Position numbers and translations under genes: made by a program
The notes under the pieces: model-generated
What the model was told of the DNA's origin: nothing
The model's input: the letters and a program-made list of their open reading frames with translations, nothing else
Databases searched by the model: none
Shown here: in pieces, positions 17,116-28,700 of the stretch
Numbering within the stretch: the first letter of the stretch is position 1
How the letters are laid out: every line of letters starts with the position of its first letter
Source: an uncultured Cytophagia bacterium
GTDB taxonomy: Bacteria; Zhuqueibacterota; Zhuqueibacteria; Residuimicrobiales; Krinioviventaceae
Length of the DNA stretch: 42,511 nucleotides
Reading direction: 5' to 3'
NCBI GenBank assembly: GCA_964432185.1
Contig: CAYSNA010000002.1
Coordinates: forward strand, 1-42,511

Positions 17116-20064
17116 CTGTTCAACCGCAAAATTATCTACGACCACTGCCCTCCCGGCAACGCCCGTATCAACAACATCATTTAAATCGCCGCCGGCAAGC
17201 ACAAAGTCCGCTGTGGTTTCCTGGCCGTCAGCGATCTGAATCGCGGTAGCGCCAGCCGGGATTCGCTCATAAAACGGGATGGGCAAATAGATCGGCAGTA
17301 ATCCGTCATCCTCACCGCTCGGCAAACCGTAAGCGCCGGCTTGAAAAACCAGCTCATCCAAATTGATTGGAATGGGCGCCGGAACCGAGGTATACCAAAA
17401 ATCCTTGTGCAGATCGATGGTAAAATTAAATCCGCCGGTCAACACGCCGCCAAAGAGAAAACCGAAAAAGTCAAAGTCTTCAAACTGAGCGAGAAGACCG
17501 AGCGCGTCATCCACCAGAGGCAGCACAGAAAAGAGCGATACCGTGCGCAGATAATAGGTGCCCGCCCGCAGACCGGAAATTTTATAGGCGCCGGTTGAGC
17601 TGAGCTGTTGGCCGGTTGAGGCGTCATAATCGGTCAGATCGTAGCCGACCAGATGGCCGGTCACGTCATACACGCCGACAAAAATGCTGGAGAGCGGTTG
17701 GCCGCTCAGGCTGTCCGTGATTGTGCCGCCAATACTGCCGGTCGCTTTTTCCATTTCAATAACTTGACCAGAAGCTGTATCGCCAAAATTCAATGTGACC
17801 GTCGCATTGGCCGCATCGCCATAAAGGTTGCCGCCGCCGAGATAGGTAACGGCATAGCCGGACGACGGCGGAACAGCCGCCACATGGTACGAACCGGGCA
17901 GCAACCGGTTGATGCGAAAACCGCCGTTAAACTGCACATAATCAAAACTGGCCACGTGGCCGTTTTCCGCATTGTAGACCACAACGGGCATGCCGACCAT
18001 ATCGTCAGCCGGCGCAAAACCGGCGCCCGGCATGCGATCAACAAAGCCTTCGATGACCGCTCCTTTTTCCAGCGCAAAATCAATATCACCGACGATGGTC
18101 TGTTCCAGGTTTATGGTTTGCGCGTCATAAAAACTGCGCGCGTTGTTATAGTATTCCGTGAGATAGGCGGTATCGCCGTTAAATCCGCCAACCGCCGCCA
18201 CCTTGTACAATCCTTGCGGAATGGGACCGATGGCATAGTTGCCCAGCGAATCGATCGCGCCAATCGGAAAAACCGGATAACCCGCGGTGTCTTCCAGCGC
18301 AGCCACCAGCACGTCCTCAACCGGTAGCGAACTTTGTGCGTCCGTGAGTTGGCCGGTGATATAATGCGGTTCGGCAAGTTTGATGTCCGCGATCACCTCG
18401 GCCTGCCCCTCAGGGATAACGAGCGGCTCGATATCCAAAAGGCGGAAAAGATTGCTCTCGCCGCCGTAAAACTGATCGACGATCTTGCCTTTGTGTTTGC
18501 CGTCGGCAAAATCAATCGGCTCGCCGATGATCAGGGTGAAATCCGAAACCGTGCGAACAAAATAGCCGCCAGGCCGCATACCGGCAAGTGTGTAATTTCC
18601 GTTGAGATCGGTCGTTTCAACGTGCAGCTCCAATTTCGACAAGAACGGACCATTTTCAGAGGAAAGCAGATCGGCATTGATGACCACAACACTGAGGGAA
18701 TCGACCGGTTGATCATCATAGTTAACGACGCGGCCTTTGATGGTTTGTCCGGCGTCCAGTTGAAAATTGATATTGTCCGTCACCCGACCGGCAACCACAG
18801 TGACAATTTTGGCTTTTTTTACATCCGTTGTTCCGGAGGCGCCGTCGTAAAACTCGCCACGCGCATTCACAAATCCGCCAGCCGGATTGAGAATCGCGGC
18901 CAGCGACGCGAGATAATCATTCGCATAAACAAAATAGTCGCCGGGCGGCACATCGGTAATCTGGTAGCTATCACCAAAAAAAATGGCGAGCGACAACGTG
19001 ACAAAAGAGGTATCCTTGACATCAAAAGCGGAAAAAATCGTCAAAAAGGATGCGGGTGTGATGCTGCCGGCAATATCGCCGGTCGGACCGGACGCGCTCT
19101 TTTTCAGCTTAAAGTTGAGCGTCGGTGTGGCGTTTAAATCGGCAATATTGACAACCGTTGCATTATCCCACTGTTCCTGATCGCCAAACCAGACCGGCTC
19201 AAAGCCATCAACATAGGCCTGAATTTTATATTGACCGGTCGCCGGAAAGGTCAGTTCATAAGCACCGGCAATGGTGTCGGTTGAACGCCTATCGAGCGCC
19301 ACGGGGGACGTTGCGGAGGTGATGAGAAACTCGACCGTTGAGCCGCTTTCAACCGGATTTCCATCGTCACCGGTTATCGTACCGGTTATATTGACACCGG
19401 GCGCGAGATTAAAATTGATGCCCTCGACAATGGCGTTGGGGACAAACACTTTTTTGGCATTTTTCCAGGCGGCCATGGAGCCAAAAAACGCCGGGACGTT
19501 ATCGTAAATTTGATCCACATATGCGGCGCTGCGCGTGACCACGTAAAAGGAATCGCTGGGCAAATCGGTTATACTGTACTGGCCGGTTTCTGGCGATACT
19601 TTTTTGGTGGATCCGGCAAAATAACCGTGCCGGTCAAAAACGAAAACCTCGACATCGTCCTGCACGGGCGTGCCGTTGGAAAACACCAGCCCCGAAATAC
19701 CGCCGGATGCGTTGGTTTTCGTCAATCCCGATGACGTCGCCAGAAAATTTTCGAGTTGCAGATCATGTCCGTTTTTATCCAAAGCATCAAAAAACAGCGG
19801 CACCAGTACATTGGGTGTCAAATGCTCATTGACCTGCTGCTGCATTTTGGAGACAAGCCGGCGCTGCTCCACCGCACTTTCAAAGGCTTTGGTAAAATCA
19901 GTTTGAAATTGTACCAGTGATTGTCCAGCATCACTGGTTTGATGCTGATCCGCACTTTTTAATTGGCCGGCTATGGCTTGATCAAATTGAATATTTAAAT
20001 TTTCCGCGGAAACGAGGGAGATACAAAATAACAAAAGAAGAACAAAAACGGGTGTGCTTTTCAT
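16858..20064 (-). CDS. T9SS-secreted protein built from repeated carboxypeptidase-regulatory-like (CarboxypepD_reg) beta-sandwich modules
   Basis: Signal peptide MKSTPVFVLLLLFCISLVSA. I prefer the ATG at 20064, with AAGGAG 7 nt upstream, over the track start at 20100. There are roughly 7-8 repeats of the pattern G.V.D..G.PV....V........G......TD..G.Y.I..L..G.Y. The C-terminus is QNYPNPFNPSTTIAF... Confidence 0.75.
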   Translation of the reverse strand: MKSTPVFVLLLLFCISLVSAENLNIQFDQAIAGQLKSADQHQTSDAGQSLVQFQTDFTKAFESAVEQRRLVSKMQQQVNEHLTPNVLVPLFFDALDKNGHDLQLENFLATSSGLTKTNASGGISGLVFSNGTPVQDDVEVFVFDRHGYFAGSTKKVSPETGQYSITDLPSDSFYVVTRSAAYVDQIYDNVPAFFGSMAAWKNAKKVFVPNAIVEGINFNLAPGVNITGTITGDDGNPVESGSTVEFLITSATSPVALDRRSTDTIAGAYELTFPATGQYKIQAYVDGFEPVWFGDQEQWDNATVVNIADLNATPTLNFKLKKSASGPTGDIAGSITPASFLTIFSAFDVKDTSFVTLSLAIFFGDSYQITDVPPGDYFVYANDYLASLAAILNPAGGFVNARGEFYDGASGTTDVKKAKIVTVVAGRVTDNINFQLDAGQTIKGRVVNYDDQPVDSLSVVVINADLLSSENGPFLSKLELHVETTDLNGNYTLAGMRPGGYFVRTVSDFTLIIGEPIDFADGKHKGKIVDQFYGGESNLFRLLDIEPLVIPEGQAEVIADIKLAEPHYITGQLTDAQSSLPVEDVLVAALEDTAGYPVFPIGAIDSLGNYAIGPIPQGLYKVAAVGGFNGDTAYLTEYYNNARSFYDAQTINLEQTIVGDIDFALEKGAVIEGFVDRMPGAGFAPADDMVGMPVVVYNAENGHVASFDYVQFNGGFRINRLLPGSYHVAAVPPSSGYAVTYLGGGNLYGDAANATVTLNFGDTASGQVIEMEKATGSIGGTITDSLSGQPLSSIFVGVYDVTGHLVGYDLTDYDASTGQQLSSTGAYKISGLRAGTYYLRTVSLFSVLPLVDDALGLLAQFEDFDFFGFLFGGVLTGGFNFTIDLHKDFWYTSVPAPIPINLDELVFQAGAYGLPSGEDDGLLPIYLPIPFYERIPAGATAIQIADGQETTADFVLAGGDLNDVVDTGVAGRAVVVDNFAVEQNYPNPFNPSTTIAFSVPHQQHVDVAVYDVLGRQVVTLAQRAFEAGHHSMVWNGRDAADQPVSAGLYIARLTTGDETKSIKMLLIK

Positions 20065-20158
20065 ATCGCTGCTCCTTGAGTATAAATGGACGAATCTCAT
20101 TACATAACTCTATGGTATGCTTTTTTATTTCACTTGAAATAGGCCGGAAGGCCGCGGT

Positions 20159-20794
20159 TCAATTGACAAATTTAATTTGCCCCGCGTTGGTGATGATAAA
20201 ATCCCTGGTTTTGTCGGTAAATTCTTTGTCCCCAAGACCAACCAAATTGACGAACATACTGACAATGCCGCTTTTTTTCGTCGATTCGCTCTTTTTCTTG
20301 CCGCCGCTGAAAATATCGCTTATGGCGTTAAAACTCTCCGCTGAAATCAGTTGGAAATCGACCTGCACGGAAATGTAATATATCTCATTTTTTTCCAATG
20401 TGCTGAGATCAGCAACAAAAAGCTTGTCGATTACCGAGCACTTTTGTTTGACGGTTTCGATATTGGCGGTCAAGCGTTTTTCATCCTCGCTCTCAATACG
20501 ATATTTTTTCTCCCAATTATCCCAATCCACTTTGATGGGATGGGGGAATTCTTTCTCGAGCGAGTTGATGATATTTTTATTTCGCCACAGTTGAATATGA
20601 TGGATAATTTCGGATTTAATGCCACGTTGCAAGGCCTCAATGCTTTTTTCATCGAGCAGATCATGAATTTGATAGGAAATATAGAGCCCATTATCGATAA
20701 TCTCCGGGCTGTCAATGATAATACGTTGCGCCGAAAAAGCCGGGGTGAGGACCAGGAGCAGGAAAAGCAAAATTGTAATGGCGGATTTTTTCAT
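20159..20794 (-). CDS. Exported hypothetical protein (possibly DUF4390-like; unverified)
   Basis: Signal peptide MKKSAITILLFLLLVLTPAFSA. I prefer the start at 20794; an upstream ATG at 20809 is possible. It begins 19-34 nt downstream of the prmA stop. Confidence 0.55.
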   Translation of the reverse strand: MKKSAITILLFLLLVLTPAFSAQRIIIDSPEIIDNGLYISYQIHDLLDEKSIEALQRGIKSEIIHHIQLWRNKNIINSLEKEFPHPIKVDWDNWEKKYRIESEDEKRLTANIETVKQKCSVIDKLFVADLSTLEKNEIYYISVQVDFQLISAESFNAISDIFSGGKKKSESTKKSGIVSMFVNLVGLGDKEFTDKTRDFIITNAGQIKFVN

Positions 20795-20827
20795 AATTTT
20801 ATCGCACATGGTTGAGCCATACGCAAT

Positions 20828-21691
20828 TTATCTCTTTCTGGTTTCAAAGGCAAGCCATTCTTGTTCGCGTCGCATATCTGTGATGGACAAGCCGTGTTCG
20901 GCGCACGAATCGCGGATGAGTTGCTCTTCCGTATCGAGAATGCCGGAGATCACCAGGACGCCGTCTTGCGCCAAAAGCTTTTTCATCTGCGGCAGCATGT
21001 TGATGATTTGCGTTCGATTGACATTCGCCAAAATCAGATCATACGGTTCGAGTCGCAGGGCATAAATATCGCCGGCGAACGTAGTGAACCGGTCGGTAAC
21101 GTTGTTTTTTTCAGCGTTTCGCCAGGCGGTATGGGCGGCAATGGGATCATTATCAAAGCCGCACACCATGGCGGCGCCCAGTTTAAGCGCGCCAATGGCC
21201 AGCACGCCGGTGCCCGTGCCAACATCCAGAACACGCAGGTGCGGACGGAAATTTTTCTCGGCAAGCTGCAACGTCATACGAGTCGTGGCGTGCTCGCCGG
21301 AGCCAAAGGCCATCTCGGGATCGATTTCGATGATGATCGGCGGCGGCGGTTGTGGCGTGTCCACCCAGGTGGGCTTGATGAGGATGTTCTCACTGACTTT
21401 TAACGGCTTGAGCGTTTTTTTCCATTCAGCGGTCCAGTCGCGGTTTTCCAGGACGTCCGCTTGAATGGAGATGGGAAAGGCAATATGATGAAGAGCCTGC
21501 TGGGAATTCAAAAAAGTGGTCAACGCGTTGATGATCGGTTCTTGTTCAAACGGTTGTTCGAAAAAGGCGTGCAATTCGTTCTGCTCTTCCTGAAGGCCGG
21601 TGGCGCCAAAACCGAAGAGGAAATCGGCGACGACCTCACTCGTATCTTCCGTGACCAACACGCGCAGTTGTAAAAAGTATTGACTTTTCAT
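20828..21691 (-). CDS. prmA: Ribosomal protein L11 methyltransferase
   Basis: PEMAFGSGEHATTRMTLQL and the SAM-binding motif VLDVGTGTGVLAIGALKLGA are typical of PrmA, as is the LILANV motif. ATG at 21691 with GGGAGG 4 nt upstream. Confidence 0.9.
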   Translation of the reverse strand: MKSQYFLQLRVLVTEDTSEVVADFLFGFGATGLQEEQNELHAFFEQPFEQEPIINALTTFLNSQQALHHIAFPISIQADVLENRDWTAEWKKTLKPLKVSENILIKPTWVDTPQPPPPIIIEIDPEMAFGSGEHATTRMTLQLAEKNFRPHLRVLDVGTGTGVLAIGALKLGAAMVCGFDNDPIAAHTAWRNAEKNNVTDRFTTFAGDIYALRLEPYDLILANVNRTQIINMLPQMKKLLAQDGVLVISGILDTEEQLIRDSCAEHGLSITDMRREQEWLAFETRKR

Positions 21692-21777
21692 CCGGCCTCC
21701 CAGCACGTTTTTGCAGATTTAATTTATCGATTGATTGAAAATCCGGGGATCATCAATCAACCGCAGCCCCGGGACAT

Positions 21778-22683
21778 CTACTCGTCGTAAATGACCGCCG
21801 CAACGACCCGCCCGACTTTTTCCAGACTGGCGGCGCTGCACTTGTCCGGCGTATCTTCAATCGTATGCCAATAGGGATAATCAAAATCGATGATATCAAT
21901 CGCTTGAATGCCGGCCTCGAGCAGCGGAATATGGTCGTCATAAACCGCATAGCCCGGTTGCGGAATGAACTCGGACACACCAAACTCGGCGGCCTTGTTC
22001 CACACTTTTTCAACCACGGGCCGCGCATACCGCAGGGAATAGATCTCCTGATAAATATTCAAATCAGCGTCGCCAATCATATCCAGAAGAATGGCATAAC
22101 GAGGATTAAATGTGTAAGCATACTCGCGGGCAAAGGCAGCGGACCCCAGCGCCCAGGTGTTGTTCTGGTTGTGTCCGCCGGCATCCTCGGCATCAAAAAA
22201 AACAATATCGATGCCGACGCGCGGCGGTGTCTTGGCGAAAATCTCGGCCAAATGCAACAGCACGGCGACGCCGGATGCGCCGTCATTGGCGCCGAGAACC
22301 GGCGTGTTGTGATGCGCTGAATTCGGGTCCTCGTCCGCCCAGGGCCGAGTGTCCCAGTGGGCGCATAACAGAATACGATCTTTTAAATGCGGCTGAAAAC
22401 GACCGATAATATTATAACCCGTGGCGCTTATCGCCTGCGGACCATAGGACAATGAGAATGTCTGCGTTTGCACGTTATCGGCGTGTTTGCGCAATTCATT
22501 GACGAGATAATCGCGGCATTTGATCTGACCCGGCGAACCGGGATAGCGCGGCCCGATATCGCATTGTGCCTGCAGAAATGTCATGGCGCGGTCGCCATCA
22601 AAAGGCGGCGTGCTTGCAGCGCAACTCATCGTCACTACCAAAATTAGTAAAAGTCGTTGTATCATCAATTTGGCCGTTTTCAT
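21778..22683 (-). CDS. M28-fold glutaminyl-peptide cyclotransferase-like protein (possible lipoprotein)
   Basis: 301 aa. LLCAHWDTRPWADEDP, VLGANDGASGVAVLLHLAEIF and GIDIVFFDAEDAG match the pattern I recall for Bacteroidota type-II glutaminyl cyclases. A general M28 aminopeptidase cannot be excluded. The N-terminus LLLILVVTMSC is a loose lipobox. Confidence 0.7.
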   Translation of the reverse strand: MKTAKLMIQRLLLILVVTMSCAASTPPFDGDRAMTFLQAQCDIGPRYPGSPGQIKCRDYLVNELRKHADNVQTQTFSLSYGPQAISATGYNIIGRFQPHLKDRILLCAHWDTRPWADEDPNSAHHNTPVLGANDGASGVAVLLHLAEIFAKTPPRVGIDIVFFDAEDAGGHNQNNTWALGSAAFAREYAYTFNPRYAILLDMIGDADLNIYQEIYSLRYARPVVEKVWNKAAEFGVSEFIPQPGYAVYDDHIPLLEAGIQAIDIIDFDYPYWHTIEDTPDKCSAASLEKVGRVVAAVIYDE

Positions 22684-22790
22684 TTTTCGTTGAGACGAGA
22701 TCGAGCGAAATTTTACTCATCGCTCATCACCCAAACATAACAGAATGCACCACGAGTTCAATCCCACATCAAGTTCTGAATTTGACTATT

Positions 22791-25700
22791 CTAGTTGCCG
22801 CGGATTGAAATATTGACGTTAATACCGAATTCTTTAAACGAGGTGTCGCCGATCAACTTGTTATGTGTTTTACCGATTTCAAAATAGGTGCCGCCGCGCA
22901 CGCGGTTGGAAAAGCTGTAATCCACGGTCGGCTTTAAAATCCATTTGCTGGTTTCCGCTGAAATTTCATACCCCTGGCCCTTGCTTTTTTCGGTGATATT
23001 ATCGCCGAGCGTAAAAGAGATTTTAAAATCAATGGCGTTCTGCAGCCTTTTACGGCCAAGGAAGGGAAGCGGAATTCGAAAATCGCCTTTTTTCGAATAG
23101 CTGGCATCAACGGTCAAATCGCGCGAGCTCGTTCGCGTACCGGCCTGGCCGGACGTGAGGGTGATGGTTTCTTTATTCGATGTATTATAACTGACGGAAA
23201 AATTGATGCCGTTTTTCATTTTAAAACTGACGCCGATGAGCGGCCGGAACTGCGACGTTTTATCATCTTTCGTCGGCACTTGCATTCCATCTTCCACGGT
23301 AAAAGTTTTCACCGAGTTGCCGGCTCGGCCGTGGTCGAGCGAAATTGTCGTGAACCAGTCTTTCAGGAAGGGCAGTTTTTCGATGCCGCTGACGCGCAAG
23401 TTCCAGGTTGGAAATGCCAAACCGTTTGGTTTTGTACTGTCGCCTTCCATAATCATCCAGCTTTTGGAACGCTGTCCCGTTGTGGTTGTGCTCTGATTGA
23501 GCTGATACGATTCATCATACTGAAATCCAAGCGATACGGCGCGGCCGATTTTAATGCCCGAGGAGACGCCGAATGTTTCGTTTTCACTACGTGAATTGCG
23601 CATGGTGGAGGTACCGCCGCCTTCCTCCGCAATTTCAAGAGGCACATCAACCGAATCCGTCAAACCGATCTGGTAGGCAAAACCGGGAATATCTGTCAAT
23701 CCGTACGTGGTCACATTATCACGCGCTGAATATTTGACGCTAAAGGGATCAAACACATCGACAAAGCCGGTGACGATGCCCATAATTGGAATGCTAAATC
23801 CGGATTTCTCTTCCTCTTTTTTCTCGCCGTTATCCTGGCTCGGCCGGGTTCGGTCCGGCGTGGAGCGACGCCCGCCCGCCGCGGTTGTACCGCGCTTTGG
23901 CTTGTAAATGGTTTTCATCAATGTTTTCATATTCAAATTGCCGTTGGCGGTCAACGTTCGGCCCTGGTTGGCGCTTTTGGCAGCGACTTTTTGCGTGCGG
24001 TTAAAGGCGTAACGGAATTGAACGCTGTAATTAAAATTTGTCGTCAAAAATGAGAACAGCTTTGGATTGTACTTGAGTCCGGTATTTTGATCGATATTGG
24101 TCAACTCGCCAAAATCAAATTCTTTCAGCCGGTTCCACACCAGACTATCGGGCACGTCGCGCATGTCATTCGTATAATTACGGCTCATGTCCAGCGACAA
24201 GGACTCGAGAATTTTCATTGTGCTCGACACACCGCGAGTGATTTTAAAGGCTTTGTTCGGCGTCTCCAGTGTGTCCTTGCGCGTGACGGACAAACTTTCG
24301 TTGCGCGTTCCGGCAATTTGGGTTGAAATATTTTGCGGCGTATAATACAGTTTGATGTCGGACGCTTTGGCGAATAAACGTGACTGCTCCAGCCAACTAA
24401 ACGGACGGACAAAGTTTTCTCGCCCAAAAACCAGATTCCAACTCATGTTTCCTGATTGTGACAATGAGGAGTTGGTTGACAGACGCGAGTTACTGGCATT
24501 GGTCTCGTTCTGGCTGTAACTGGCCTTGAACGGGCTGAGTATATTCTTGACGAAAAAGTTCTGCGATTTGGTATTAAAGCCGAACGAAACGCTGTAGCCT
24601 TTCTTTTCACTATAATTCTTGATCTCTTCCTCGATGTCGCGTCCTTTGGCCTTTTCGTTTTTCAGGAACTCGTCTGTAACTTCAATATCCGAACCCGGCA
24701 GGTATTTGGGCATGGATTCGCTGGTCGAGTAGTTCATCGACACCGGTATGGACAGACCAAGTTTGGATGGCAAAAATTTATCCACGGCGATGCTGCCGCC
24801 AAAGTTGCCGCTGAATTCGTTATCGCCGGTACCAAAGCGTTCGGCCACATTGTGGAAATCCGCATCTTTTCGGTTAATTTCGCCATTAAGGCGAATGAGA
24901 TCAGCCCAGGCGAAATCGAGGCGCGCGCGCATGGCGATACCTTTGTCTTTTTTCACGTTGGACAGGCGCAGCTCGTTCATCCACACTTCGCCGGTAAACG
25001 GAATGGTCTCGTTCTTGTTCAGCACACCGGCTTCAAGCATTTTGATGTTTCGCAAAGCCGGTTTGCCGCGCACCCGCCAGACCGTACCGGGTTGCGTGCC
25101 GGGAGGATCTTCCAGAATATGCCATTCGACATTATTCACCGAATCGATGATCGCCTGCTGCGTCTCTTTCACCTGCGTCATGGCGATGAGATCGATCTCG
25201 ATATTGTTGCCGCGCCAGCCCTGGCGCACCGGCTGCCGAACTTCGTAATAGTTGTTCTCATCCGCGCCAAAGCGGAAAAAGAACTCGATGTCGCTCTCAT
25301 CCTCACGAATATGCGTCGCCGCCGGATCTTCACCATAAACAAACATTTTTAACGTTTTATAGTTGATATAGTCCTGCGGATCATAAAACGCCTTTTGTGC
25401 CTTGGCATTATTGCCCGGCATCAATTGGTTGACGCGCATGACCAGCGCCTGCTCTTTGGCTACAACGCGGGTGATTCGATCCACTTCGCCCTCAACACCC
25501 GGCGGCGGCCGGTAACTCGGATTGTCGTGCGTGTTCACAACCGACAATACAAACGTACTGTCCTGCTTGACATAATCTTCCGGATTTTCCAGCGTAGCGA
25601 CGCCCTGTTCTTTCCAGTCACTGCCGACGAGATTGATTTCAGCAATCCAGATTTTATGTCCCTTGAGACCGGAACTGTCCGTCGGCGCCGGACCCATGTT

Positions 25701-28700
25701 ATCAAACCACACGCGGATATATTCGACCAAATCGAGCGACGGGCTGCCGATGACTTCGACAAATTCATTCAGCGGGATTTGATACAAGCGCCAACCGTAA
25801 TCCTCGCCGGTTTCATTATCAATACTCTCACCAATCACATATTTTTCATAATCGGGATGAGAACGATCCAAACTGACCTTGAAATGGAAATAATCATTCG
25901 CCAGGTCAACGTCGCCGTTGCCGTTCATATCTTCCGTATCCGGAATACGGCCGCCGGAATCGTTCTCGTTGCCCTCGGTGCCGTTGACTTTTTCGTACGT
26001 TTCACTGGCTTTGGTGGGATTGTATTGCCAGTCATCCAAACTATAAGGCTCGCCCGGATCTTTCTGACCATCGCCATCAATATCCCAAAAGTCGCCGCCG
26101 GCGGCAATGGCGCGCGGATCATCATTGGACATGCCGTCGAGACCAATATCTTCACCATCATCCAGCAGGTTGTTGCGGATTTGGTTTTTCATCTGGTCTT
26201 CCGTGTCCAGCTTTTTATTTGGAATGATATCTTCGGAAACTTGGCCAAGGTCGATGTGCATATCCGCAGCCAAGCCGGGGCTGCTGTTGATCCAGATTTC
26301 GATGTATTTGGCTTCCGTCTGGTTGCTGTAACCGGATGACAAGGCGCGCTGAATACCGAACCATGAATCTTCCGGCCGGGCGCTGCCTTCGGACGGGATG
26401 AAACGCATCTTTAAAATATTGGTCGTTTGCGCAACATTCGAGTTCAAATCCTGGTTTGGTTTGATGAAACGGATCGGATACTGTGTGTACGGGTTATGAT
26501 AATTCATCCAGCCGCGGTCGGACAAATCCTCATAATTCTTTGTGGGATATTTGGCCAGCGGCGGGGAGCTGAAATTCCATCCTCGGCGAATGATCGGCAG
26601 CGGCGTAATTCGTTTTGAGGCCTCAAAATCATCAATGTACGCCACACCATTATTGTCGCCGGTTTTTTCATTGTTGCGCGTATTCGGATTTGGCAAAATC
26701 TGCGCAATTTCACCCTCAAACTTGATGGTCGACGGCTGACGCGTATCAACAAACGGCAAAAAGTTCGCCGCTTTGGTGAGGAAAAACGGTTTGGCTGACA
26801 ATGATGTATTGACATCCCAAATCATGTTACGCATCGGACCTTTGCCGACACGGATTTTCTGGTCGAGTGTCGATTCGTTCAAATACATGAACGTGGCGCC
26901 GATAAAACTGTCATCCCACAAGCCATATTCGCCACGGATACCCATGACGGTTTTTTTATCAATTTGAAAGAGCTGGTTGCTCTCGTAGCTGATATCGAGA
27001 CTCGCATTGGCCGCCAGCGCTTGTTCATTCAGAATGACGAGACGACCGAACATATAGTCAATCGTGTAATCAACATCCTTGGTCAAGGTGCGGCCGTTCA
27101 GCGTCACTTCCTCGGAGCCTTCAATGACGTTCATGCCAAGGCTGTATTCGGCGCTCTTGTTCTGCGATTTAACTTCCATGATGAACTTGGCCTGCTTGTC
27201 CTTCACCTGCTGAACGGTGGTGTCGTAAATGGCCGGTGCCAGTTTATTTAGGTTGGGATCATTGGAATAAAGCAGCGCGCGCAGTTTCGGATCGGCCGGA
27301 TCAAAGGGGCGCAGATGCGGGAAATAAATTTCGCCGCGGGCATAGTTGATCACCCACGGATTATTATCAATGACATTATCCGGATTGGCGCCACCACTCT
27401 CATCGCTTTTATCAAAGCCGAACGCCTGCAACCAGCTCAACTTGTTGCCCTGCGCATCAGTCACGGTTTCCTGTGGATCACCGGAAGGCGGTTTGTAATA
27501 GATGCGGAATTCAAAGCCATCCTGGGAAATATTCCGGCCGCCAAGCGCGTAAACGTTTTGCCACTCCAAAGGCCAGGTCGGGTTGGACGGGCGCGGATCT
27601 TTGGTTCGCAGCATGCGCAAATAAATAATGTCGTCCTTGGTGTTCTCATAATCCACCATACCGCGCACGCGGCCGCCGCTGTCGGAGTAGGCCACGGCAA
27701 GCACTTCGCCATCCTGCAACGCATTGTTGAGCTGGATGTAACCCATTTGATCGTGCACAAAATACTCATCTTTTTCAAGACGGACAAAGTAGCCGCGATA
27801 AAGCGTCACATTGTCAATATCGGAGGTATCCGGTTCGATGAGAATTTGGACGTCCTTTTCATCCTCACTCGGCACAAAAGCATAACCGCGAATGGACTCG
27901 GCTTCTTGCTGATAATTTGGCGCCGCTTTATAAACCTCAATTTTATCAAGCCAGCGATCGTACGATACAATCGGGTTGCCGGATATTTCATCACGATCAA
28001 TGTATTGATTGCGATAATATTCATCCAAAAAGTAGTAGACGCCGCGTTTGGGGCGGGTGATGTCAATTTCCTTGGTTTCATCCGAAGCGCCGCCCTTGAG
28101 AGACAGTTTCTTTTTCTCCCCCTTTTCCTGGCTCGCCACGGCAACGATTTTTAGATTACCGATCTGCGCCGACGTTTTAATGCCGAACAAACCGGCGCTG
28201 CCGCTGCCCGATGTGACAAAACGAGTTCCCGGCAACGACAGCGAAATGTTTCCCGCCTGGATGGTTTGAATAATTTCGTCTTCGTACCCCTGGTATTCGA
28301 GATTGATATTGTTCTCAAAATCAAACGTACGTTCCGAGTCCTGGTCCACTTTGATCGTCACTTTTTCGCCGACGTGACCCGAGACGTTAAAACGCTGCGT
28401 CTGCTCCATTTTAAAACTGTTATCCGAGCCCCGATTGAGCGCGGTTTTGACCTGGCTCCGCTTTTCGTTACGGAACCCACCTTTAATGCTGATGTCACCG
28501 GACACATCCAGACCGACCGTACCGCCGCCAAAAATCTTTTGAAAGGCCTTGCTCTTGATTTCGACCGGAATATCGATGCGGATGGCGCCGCCGCCGGCGG
28601 TACTGGAAAACGAATCGCCAAGCCGCGCCACCGTGGTCTGGACAAACTTTTCGCGCATATACATTCGCCGCCGCGATTCCACATAATCGTTCAATGAAAT

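Noticed and set aside
17092-17118. A dispersed DNA motif of about 25 nt (GGATT[GC]GGATAATT-like) seen four times, at about 12140, 17092, 35455 and 37588. It first looked like a dispersed repeat or miniature element.
   Set aside because: All four copies are in frame on the minus strand and encode the NYPNPF(N/T) signature at the start of T9SS C-terminal sorting domains. This is protein-level conservation, not a mobile or CRISPR-type repeat.
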